Under the pieces are notes generated by a model, which saw only the letters and a list, made by a program, of their open reading frames with translations, was not told the DNA's origin and did not search any database. Shown one piece after another: positions 37,401-49,400 of a stretch of 64,000 nucleotides of DNA; positions within the stretch are counted from its first letter, which is position 1, and the number at the start of each line of letters is the position of its first letter. The stretch is from Hydrolagus colliei (taxonomy: Eukaryota): assembly GCA_035084275.1 (NCBI GenBank), contig CM068743.1, positions 40,672,001 to 40,736,000 of the forward strand, given 5' to 3'. A program made the translations under genes and the position numbers.

Positions 37401-40400
37401 AAAGAATGAGGGTAAAACTAAGGCATCTGGCTAACACTGTGTATCCTTTAACTCATGGTGTCTTGAAAGTTCCCAATTTGTTTGCAGATAAATGATCTAA
37501 CTACATCAACAACTGTTAGATTAGTATTACTAATGTAATAAGATAATTATTAATATAATAATAACCCTTGCATTTGATAAAGTGTCTTATCAAGTCTTTG
37601 AGACATCTCAAACTGCTTCAAAGAGAATACTGTGAAGTGAATTGACTGTATATTTTGTAGGTGAAAAACATTGCGCACAGCAGTGTCCCACAAACACTTT
37701 GAGTGACAAAATTGAGTGACAAAATTATTATTGTTGGTTTATCCAGAAAACAATCCACTTATCAAATAACAACCAGTTTCTACTTAGGTAAACAGACGTA
37801 TGGAGTAAGGAAAATTTCCCAACGCTTCGCCCTACCTGCCCAGGAATCGAACCCAGGTCCCTTCGCTTTCAAGGCGAGCGCTCCAACCACTGAGCTACAG
37901 GACACCATATATATGCTACACATCTATGTGTATTTTTGCCACCTGTACCTACTTTAAACACAAAACCATTTGTCCCTATCTCTGTTTTAGAATTACCAGT
38001 TAAATTTGTCAAACCTTTGCGAGAGAAGATTGCCATGGAGAAACATCGTGTGGTTTTGGAATGCAAGGTTTCCAGGGCCAACGCTACTGTCAAGTGGTAT
38101 CGCAAAGGGAAAGAAATTCTCCCCAGTAAGAAGATTGAGATTGTGAGTGAAGACGTTTACAGGAAACTCGTCATCAACAACGTGGCTTTCGAAGATGAAG
38201 GCAGCTACACTTGTGATGCTGTCGATGACAAAACCACAGCACAGCTCAATGTAGAAGGTAAAAACAACCTTTCCATAAACTATAGACTACTGGCTTCCAA
38301 TAGCAACTTGCATTTACATAGTGACCTTCGCAGTGTACAGCGTGCATAGTGGCAGGGTTGGACACCGAGAGAGAGAAGAGGAGGGAGAGGTGACTATGAA
38401 CACAGTCGAAGAGGTAATAATAATCTTTGCATTTGATAATCTTATCATGTCTTCCAAGACATCTCAAAGCACTTCACAGAATATACATACTCTAGGTGAA
38501 TTGTCTGTATATATTGTGGGAGAAATGCGACAGCCATTTGCGTACACCAGTGTTCCACAAATATTCGTGGATTGAGCGACCAAACTACTTACCGCTAGGT
38601 AGTCTGTGACTCGTTTTGAGACATCTATGTCAAATGCAAGGATTATTATTATTGTAGATTAACTGTACATGTGTAAATTTTGGGGTTTTATATTTGCAGA
38701 GCAAGCAATAGCCATTGTCAAACAGATCTGCGATGCAGAGGTAACAGAACCGGGTGAGGCCAGGTATGAATCTGAGCTTTCAGTCGCGGAAGTGAAGTCT
38801 CCTAAATGGACCTTGAATGGTGAACTTCTTCGTGTCACCAAAGACATTGACATTGAGCACGAGGGCACCCATCATCGCTTGATTCTGAAGAAGACAGACT
38901 GCAAGATGACTGGGTTGGTGCAGTTTACTGCAGGCAAATCAAAATCTGAGGCCAGGCTGACAGTTAAAGGTATTCAGATCCCGTGTATATACACACAGCT
39001 TTCACTGCTAATGGTTTCCAAATCTCTTACGATCACAATTAGCAGCCAAATCAGCATTCAAGGCCCTGTTTGCCTGTTCAGGTGGATGTTAAAGACCCCA
39101 TGGCACTATTTGGAAGCAAAAGTAGGGAGTTTTTCCTCTCTCTCTCTCTCTCTCTCTCCCACTCCCAGTGTTCTGGCAAAAAAATCCCCTGATTAAAATT
39201 GGTCACTCACTCCACAACTGTTTCTGGGACACTGCTGTGCCCAAACTGGGTGATACATTTCGCCTTCAAAATACACAATCACTTCACTGTACAGTATATT
39301 CTGTGAAGCGCTTTGAGACATCTTGATGATGTGATACAGCACTGTATCAAATGCAGGGAATATTATTATTGATGATTATTATTATAACTGTTCTGCAATC
39401 TGTGATATAGGAACACAAGGAGGCCATTTAGCGCATCGTGATTGCCCACCACTTCCTTCATTAGGTCGTGGCAGACCATTTTAATTCCATTTCCCTAACT
39501 TCTTTCAACAACAATAGCAACAACTTCGATTTATATAGTGCCCTCCACGCCGGACGGCGTCTTAGAGCGCTTTCCATGCGCCTGAACACCTTTACTTCCT
39601 TCCAGGAAATCATGAGTAATTTAATCATTGGTGGTTTAAGGGTTTATACTAAAAACTGGAAATTAAACATCCTGAAATCAGTGAAATTATGGTTTTCTTT
39701 ACTTTGTACCAGAATACATTTACAGAATAAATCATAAAATCACACTTGATTACCCATTATACTTTACAGTAAATATAATAACAATACAATCCTTGCTTAT
39801 AGAACCTTATAACATTTTAAAACTATCTGAAAGTGCTTCACAGGATATAATGTTCACTATAACGACTGTGAATCTATAGGTGAATATGGGCAGCAAACTT
39901 GCCCAATGTCCCATACCCATGCAGCCATGAAGTGAATGACCTGTTTTATCTGGGGAATTATGAGCCAGTCATTGGGAGAAACTCACAAGAAACTCTTGGA
40001 CAAGTGCCACGGAATTGTTAACATCTACCTGACCAGGAGGATGAGACCTTGGTTTAATTAATGTCTCATCCGCAGGGCAACAGCATTGACAGTGTAGTAC
40101 TCCCTCAGGACTGCACTGGCGTGTCATCTTACACAATGTCCTGTTAAAGGCTTTGCAATGGCCTCCTGGCGTGAATTATTATTCAATCATTGATTATCAA
40201 TAATTATAATTGCCTTGCAGAGCCTCCAGCGAAGGTAGTTCGAGAGCTTAAGAATGTCCGGTCCGAGGAGAAGGCTTCTGCTACTCTGAGCTGTGAGTTT
40301 ACACCTGCTCCCAAGATGGTCAGATGGTACAAGGACCAGTGTCCGATTGAGTCGTCCGACAGATACAAAATCCGCCAGGATAAGAACGTGATCGAACTCA

Positions 40401-43400
40401 CCATCATAAACCTGAGCACGGAGGACTCTGGGGAGTACATCTGCCAGTCGAGTAATGCTAAGACCTCAGGGGCACTCATCGTGGAAGGTTAGACTCGTTC
40501 CTCACAATCTATCTTGTTTGTCTTTAAATGAGGGACAGCTAATATATTTTCAAGTATAATAATAATTATAATCTTTGCATTTGATATAGTTAGAGGAACC
40601 GGGTTCGATTCCTGGGCGAGATGGAACCTTAAGCAAGTTCCCTTAATGCACATTATTTACCAGCAATTAGTAGGAACCTGGTTGTTTGCTGGTTGGTGGA
40701 TCGCTTTCTGGGGTAATAATCCTTTTAAAAAATAATATTACTTTTAAAAAATAATAATTTGGTTACTCAATCCATACAGATACGATACAATATATTTGAG
40801 ACATCTCAACTATGTGATTGGGCGCTATATCACATGCAAGAATTATTATTGCCTTTGCCTACTAAAAAAAAAATTACACTTCATATTATATCCTGTGTAG
40901 CTCTTTGAGATATCATCCCAATGTGAGAGGTATTATATGAAATATAAGCTTGATTATTAATTATTATTATCTACGATGTATATTTAAGGCAAGAAATAAT
41001 ATGTAATTGCCAATATAAAATTCTGTAATTACAGCCAGGAAAGTAGAAATTGTGAAACATCTGGAAGATGTGGACACTATGGAGGAAAGTAATCTGGTGT
41101 TTTCATGCGAGCTGTCTCATGATGACGAAGAGGTTCAGTGGTACCTAAATGATACTGCCTTGTTCTCCAATAACTTCAATGAGATAAAGAAAGCAGGGAA
41201 GATACACACACTAATTCTGAAAGGGGTAACACCTGAAGACACGGGAACTATCACGTTGAAAGTGAGAGATGTGACAGAAACAGCGCAGTTGAAAGTTCAA
41301 GGTAAACAAAGAAGCAAGCCCTCAATTGCCTGTTTTAGAGAGAAAAGTATATTCACGTGGACAAATGCCAGGGGTCAAATGCCGACAAGTGTACGTTACT
41401 GCAAATGTTCTGTAATCTTATAAATGCAAATGCAAAAGCACTTTGAGACGTCTCGAAGATGTGATGAGGGGTGTGTCAAATACAAGGATTATTGTTATTA
41501 TTATCAATTCAATTTACAGTAGAGACGTTTCAAAGACGTGATAAGTCGTCATATTGAATGCAGTGATTATTATTATTTTTCCTTCAGTACGCTGATGCCA
41601 TTTGGCTTCAGTGAGGTTCCGGGTTGAAATTAATTTATCTTGATGTACTTTAATGCAGAAAAGCCAGTGGTCTTTATGAAATCACTGGATGATGCTGTTG
41701 GAGATGAGCGAGGAATGATCACACTGGAGTGTGAGGTCTCTAAGCCCAAAGTGAATCCTGTCTGGAAAAAAGATGACGTTGTCCTTGGATCAAGTGATAA
41801 ATACGAGCTGCTGCACGCTGGAAAGACATTGTGTCTGATTGTCCATGACTTGAACAAACGTGATGCTGGAATATACACCTGTGATGTAGGCAGTGACAGA
41901 GCCAGCGCCAAGGTTACCATTCAAGGTACACACCTTATTTTAGCACAGATTTTGTTTGTGGGGACACTGCTGTGCGCAATTGGCTGCCGCGTTTCGCCCA
42001 CAAATATACAGTCAATTTGCTTAACAGTATAACAGTATCCTGTGAAACGCTTTGAGACGTCCATAAGATGTGCAAAGAAAGCACTATATCAAATGTAAGG
42101 ATTATTCTTCCTCTTATTATTATTAGATTTGAACTGAGAGTTTAAAAATAAAAAAATCTAATTTTGATTCAGCGAGTGAGTATTTAAACTTATGGAATAG
42201 GCTTCCTCAGGAGACCGACAGGGGAAGCAGAAAATGTCATTTGTTTCCAGAACAAATTAGATAGATTTCTGTCGTAAGATTAATAAATCAGGATACAGTA
42301 TAGAATTTAGGGACATGACATGTCAAGCCACTGTCAGGATGGTGGAAGGCAAACTAGATGGAATTGACTTTGGTCTTTCACAAGCAAATTCTTACGTTCT
42401 CTTCGTAACGAAGCCTGGCTTGTGAAATCCCTTAGAGTAGTGGTTAGCACATTCGCCTCACAAGCAAGAGGATCCGGGTTCAATTATAGGGTGGTGCAAA
42501 ACCGTAGGTAGGTTTCCTTACTCCACACATCTGTTTACCTCGCGGTAAGTAGGAACCCAGTTATTAGTCGATTCACGGATTGCTTTCTGGGAATAATAAT
42601 TCCTCAAAACAAAATTAGTCACTCAATTCATGACTGTTGGGGTGAAACTGTTGTGTTGCCACATTTCACCCACAAAATACAATCAATCCAGTTGACTATT
42701 ATATCAGTCGCATGATATTTTGGGGTTATGTATTATGGGTTTGGAAAGGTCACATTGGCATAGTAATGTTTTCCGATCCTATAAATTCTAATGCCTTCTA
42801 ACATCTGTAAACTGGAAATGACAAAATGATTTGAAAAATACACAAATTTACCTAGAAGTAAAAAGCAACAGCAACTTGTATTTATAGAATGCCCCTCATG
42901 GAGGGTAGTGTTCCAGAGTGTTTGATACTGGCGGAGCAGGACACCAAGCTGTGGGGTGGGGAAAAATGTGGAGAGGTGATCGTAAGCCTGGTCAAAGAGG
43001 AAGGCCTTCAGGGCACCCTGAAGATGGGTAAGGAGGGGGCAAGATAGAGAGTACAGAATTTCTCTCTAGAATCTGTTGAGGTCTGGGACGTAACATTTGA
43101 AAAAGAATTGTAAGTTATGGTAACACCCTTGTTATGCTTGTGTTGTGACATTGTTTAGTTGTATCTTACTGAAGATTGGTTATTTTGATACAGCGCTGAA
43201 CATAGGGATCACTAAACGGCTAAAGAGCACGGAGGTTAAGGAAGGAGAATGTGGGTCCTTCGAATGTATTCTCTCTCACGAGAGCGTGGATGAGTATTAC
43301 TGGACTGTAAACGGCCAGCCGGTGGAAGGCAATGAACGATTTCAAGCGTTCAACATTGGCCGGAAATACATGCTGAACATTAAGGACGTGGGCCTGGCGG

Positions 43401-46400
43401 ATGCGGGGGAAGTTGTTTTCCATGTGAGGAGCCTCAGCTCCAAGACTTCGTTGATTGTGAAAGGTAAAGTGTTTCTACCGCAATCTGAGTGTGTGTCCCG
43501 GTCCATCCCAGAGTCTTTTCCCAAACCCTCCCCTCTCTCGAAGGGATGAAAGTCTCACCCATCAAGAGCCAGGGTGCCCTTCAGTAAAGGGCTTTGGAGA
43601 TGTGTTGAGTTGTCGGAGGTGCTGTCCTTCAGATGAGGCGTTAAACCGAGGTTCCATCCGCCTGTTAAAGATCTCTTAGGACTTTTTGAAAAAAGAATTC
43701 AGGGGTTTCTCCTGGTGTTCTAGCCAACAATACCCCAGATACAATCGGTCATTCAATCCTTGGCTGTTTGTGGAATACTGCTGTACACAATTTGCTTTCA
43801 GGATTTGTCCACGAAACACACAGTCGATCCACTTTACAGAATATCCTATAACAGCAGCAACAACTTGCATTATATAGCGCCCTGCAGGCAGAGCGGCATC
43901 TCAAAGTCCTTCACAATGGAGGAGCCTGAGGCCATGCTAGGAGGAGGGGGTAGGGTGACCGTAAGCGTGGTCAAAGTACTTTGAGATGATGTGCTTTGAG
44001 ATGTCTCGGTGACGTGATAAGATGCTGTATCAAATGCATGTATTAATAATATTTTTATTATTATTGTTATTAACAAATCAGGATTCTTATTGCCTTTCAG
44101 AAAAACCAGCAGAAATCACGAAGCAGCTGGAGAGCATGGTGGGGGTAGCGGGAGAGGACATTGTACTGAACTGCGAGACCTCCAAACCCAACACTGCCGT
44201 CAAATGGTTCAAGGACGGCAAAGCAATCCGAAAGAGTCAGAAATACGAGATATCTCAGAGTGGAAACAAGAACAAGTTAATCGTCCATCAAACCACCACA
44301 AAGGATGCGGGAGAGTATGCTTGTGGCACCGAGGCTTCCAAAACCACAGCTAACGTTTCCATCAATGGTAAACCCTTCAAACATTCCCGTTCTCCCTTCT
44401 ATACTGCCCTTCACAATAATATTAATAATTAATAATAGTCTGTGTATTTGATACAGCGCCTCATCAGATTGTTGAGGCGTTGCAAAGCGCTTCACAGGTT
44501 ATATTGTGAAGTGGATATTGTGTATCTTCATGTCGGTTGGTGTCTGCGAGCTTCATGGGGACAACAACAGGATTTGACACTGAGCGAAGGAGGAGGGGTA
44601 AAGGGGACCATTGTGGAGTCTGGTAGCTCAGTGGTTAGAGCACTCGCCTTGCAAGCGAGACACCTGGGTTCGATTCCAAGCCAAGGCGAAATCTTGGATA
44701 AGTTTTATTACTCCACATCACTGATAATAATCCCTCTAAAAGAAAAACAGTAATAAATTGGCCATTTCAATCCATAACTGTTTGTGGAATGTTGAATCCG
44801 ATCTTTATGTGGTATTATTTCTCTCTATAAGAAAACAACACTTCAAACAAGATAATTAGAATGCGCTTTATTAATACGATACTAGTAACGGAGAGGAGAA
44901 TATGCGTCTCTCAATGGGAGTCGCTCTTGTCCTCTGAATTGGAAGTATCCCAACGTCTCCTTTTATACAGTTAAAACAGTACATCATGTATAATTATTTA
45001 CAGAAGGGAACAGTTAGAATGAATGTTATCTTAACACACACAATCAATTATCAAAGTAATTTAGAGATAGGTATAGCAGCTGGCGTCAGTGGTACCGCCC
45101 GGTTCAAGGACGCCTGTCTGTTCCCGTGAGAAATGATTTGTCTGACCTAAAATACATGTGGTCAGCATTCTTTTAGTTCAACTAGATTAATATATGTGTC
45201 TGTTTTACTTTAATGAGGTTAGTAATTATCACATTATTAGTTCAACTATAATATATTTTGATTACACATGGGTATATGTTTAATTATACTTTAATTGCTG
45301 TACGCAATTAGCTGCCACGTTTGGCCCACAATTCACTTCACAATATATTCTGTGAAGTGCTTTGAGGCATCTCAACAATGTGATAAGGCACTGTATCAAA
45401 TGCAAGGAGTATTATTTTCATTATTATTATTGATGACACATATTGCCTTATATTTGCACTTTAATTTCAGAAATAATAAACCGATTGACTGAGGAACTGT
45501 GTGACATTAAGACTGAAGAGAAGGGAATGGCTGTTTTTGAGTGCAAAACAGAGCAGCCGACTTTGAAAGTTATTTGGAGGAAGGGGATGGTGGAGCTCAA
45601 ACCCAATCAGAAATATCAGATCAAACAAGCTGGGACCTCACACAGCCTGACCATTAACCAGTTAGAAAGGAGCGACAGTGACCACTACACGTGTGATATT
45701 GGTAATGCAAAATCAGGAGCTCATCTCACAGTAACAGGTTTGGAATTTTTTTTGTCTTTCACGTCACTTTAACTTCTTTCTTTCCCTCCCATCCTGATGG
45801 CATTTATCTTCCTTCAGCTGCAACACCCCAAAGCTTTGGAACTCTCTCACCCCAATCCTTTCCCTCTGCCTTTCCTGCTCCTTCCTCTCTTTTACTATCA
45901 GGACTTTCCTCTTTGACTGTGCTTATGGTCATCTCTTGCCCCCCCCTCCCCGGCTCAGTGGCACAGGCTCCGCCACTGTTAAGCACTTTGAGACGCTGAC
46001 CTACATATAAGTTGCTATTGTTGCCTTCTGTGAGGTTATGGTTCCACTGGCTACTGTCCTCAGTTACTTTGCCCAAGTAGTCATTATTATTCCATTATTA
46101 CTTTATTATTATTAATGATGATAATGAGATACACATGTTGGTGAGAACTAAACTAGAAGGTATAAATAACCAGTAATAAATCTAATAGGGAGTTGAGAAT
46201 ATGGAACTCGCGGATAAAAGCAAATTGCTTCAATGCATTTAAGAGAAAAGTTGATGCATACATGAATGAGAAGATAGTAGGAGAGTATAGGTGAAGGAAT
46301 TAGGAGGCATGGGGCTTGTGTTGTGTGATCTCGATGTGCTGTGATTTGTCACTCTGTGTAACTCCATATGAATATCAACAGGCTGTTAAACTGTGATGAG

Positions 46401-49400
46401 TATCACAACTGAATTCCATGTGGTTCTCTGTTACACCCACACACACTTACCTCTATTACAGGATTAATGTTCCACAGACGGAGCCCTAGTTAATGTTCTC
46501 CTTCCCCTGAAGTGAGGCCAGTTTCAGTGCATCTACTGACATAATTTCAGATATTGCTTAACTCAACACAGATTGAGAATCTGCCCTTCCTGCTCTTGTG
46601 GTTTAACTACTCCCTGAGTTACATTGTTATTCTTTGGATAGTTCGATGTCTGACACATGCAGAAACTCATATCAGATTGAGACACCGCATAAAAGTGACA
46701 CAAACATACAAAATTTTCTCTTTGCCAGGAATGGAATGCTCACTCTCTCCCTGGCCAGATGCCTAGTCATCCAAGCCTTGGGTACACGGATAACTATCCA
46801 ATACTATCTCTCTACTTCCACTCTCGATTACACGACCACTGAAATTAAAACCTGAGCTTGCAATGCTAAATATCGTTCGGAGTGTGTGACAATTTTCCAC
46901 GCAATTTCAGTCTGGGCTAAATTCAAACGTACTATTGGTGAAAACCATAGCAGCGCTAATACATTTTTATACCTGGTGTCCCCTTCAGAGAACAACAATG
47001 TGCAACTCTTATGTGATGATTACAGGTCGGAAAGTCCGAGTTCTTGAAGATCTTGAAGATGTTGACGTTCTTGAAGGTCAATCCGCAACATTTAAGTGCA
47101 AGATTTCACCGTCAGATTATGACAGTGTACAGTGGTTCTTGGATAAGACACCTCTTCACACTAATGATGTGAATGAAATCAAGTCACTGGAAGGTGGCTA
47201 TCACACTCTAACTGTTAAAAAACTCTCAGTAAAAGATTCTGGTACTATCACTTTTGATGCCGGAGATCAGAAAACCTCTGCTGCCTTGACAGTGAAAGGT
47301 AATCTCCACCCTCCCCTCCTCCTCAAATTAAATTAACACTAGTGACCTTTCCATATAGCATATAACAGCATCTTCATAATACAGCAGTGTGTAAAGCATG
47401 TTTTGTTTGGGTCAGCTGAGTGTCTTGACACCTACGGAAGCCCATCACAGTTGCTTAAGACTATCCTAACCAAACTGGGAAATCCATGCTTCCCACCGAC
47501 ACCGAGATAGATTGTTGGAATAGAGGGATGCATCCTGTTTATCTAATTCCGGAGAGTATTAGGCACAGGCTGTCAAGAGCCAAGGCTTGGGTGAGCCCAG
47601 AGTGTGTGTTGGGGTAACTGCTGGAGTCTAACTAGCTCAAACCGCATAACTTGTCATTGATATCGCCATCTGGCAAGCTTGGTCAAAGTTGTGTCTTACT
47701 AAGTCAACAGAGAGGTATTCCAATGTTAGAGACCTTTTTTGCAAGCTCTCATTTTCTCGATGAACAGTTAATAATTAGACTGACATGCTAGCATCTAAAA
47801 CTGGGTTAACATGTATTGTATAATTAAGCACGCTGAGACTCCGCCTGGTGAGGAGGATGCTGTATTGATGCTGCAAGTTGTTGTTGTGTACATACTTATT
47901 TCACGATACTTGTGGGATTAGAAAGAAAGTCTGGGAATGAAAATGGTCTGATTTTAATTTCAGCTATGCCTTTCCTGATTATGTATTATTTGGATACTTT
48001 TTCACCAGCATTGTTCCATTGAATGTATGTAATAGCTTTTAAAATCTTCATGTTTTTAATGCCTTCTTAATTATCTCATCCCCAATATTGTGAGACATCC
48101 TGTCTGCAGTAACTTAAAAGAAGAAACTTCACAACTATATTACATCTATTCAGTTCTGTACGTAACTCACATTTGCAGTAAAGTTTAGAAGCTCCTTAAA
48201 GACTGATTCACATGCAGGTATGATAGTTTCTCCCATTTAAGATTAGGATTTCCTGTAGTTAGAGCACTCACCTAGCATACAAAAGGACCTCGGTTCAGTT
48301 CCCAGGCAAACATTGGACAAGTTTCCTTACTCCACACACCTATGTTTACGTAGCAGTAAGTAGGAACCTGGTAGATTGGTAGATTGCTTTCCGGTAGAAA
48401 TAATTCCTTTGAAGAAAAAAATAAGAATTTGGTCACTCAATCCAAGACTGTTTGTGGGACACTGCTGTGCCCAATTGGCTGTTGTGTTTTGCTCACAAAA
48501 GATACAGTCAATTCACTTTACAGTATATATATATATTTTTGGTCACCTTTCTCCCCCTGCCTCTGGCTCAGGCTCGGGATCCGTTATTGTGAAGCGCTCT
48601 GAGACGCCGTCCGGCGTGGAGGGCGCTATATAAATCAAAGTTGTTATATTCTGTAAAGTGCTTTGAGACGTGATAAAGCGCAACATCAAATGCTAGGATT
48701 ATTTTTATATATATTTTCCCAGCTGTGTACTCATCCTTCACAAATTAACTAAAAAAAGTACAGCTCTTCTTCGGTCCAGCTGGGTAAGTGCAACCCACTG
48801 GACGTGAAACAAAGTTAAATGCCAATCTGTGTTCATATTGTTTTAGAAAAACCACCCACCATAACAAAAAAGCTGGCAGAATTTACTGTTGTCACTGAAG
48901 GAGAGGATGTCACCTTGTGCTGTGAAACATCTAAATCTGAATGTCCCATTAAGTGGTTTAAGGATGCAAAGCTTTTGAAAAATACATCCAAACATAGAAT
49001 CAGTCGTTCTGGAAATGATGCCAGATTGATTGTTTGCAAAGCTGAGCAGAAGGATGCTGGAACGTATGAATGCCAGACTGAGGCATCGAGTACTAAAGCT
49101 ATTGTCACAGTGACTGGTAAGGACAACGTTTATCCTTTGTATTAATGACTAGTTAATACACAATTTTACTAATAACCAAAACTTAGACAATTTTAACATT
49201 TTGTGTCCTGTCACACCTTACAAAGCATTTTGTGCTTGTGTTGTGTATGTTATGCTTCAGTTGTTTTTATTCGAGTATGTTTACTTTGTGTAATTTGTGG
49301 TATTTCCTTGTCTAATTTGTGTGGTTTTTTTAAACTGTTATTGCTTCAATTGTCCCGCTGTAATATGGTTTACTTCCAGACCAGTGTTCCAATGACGATG

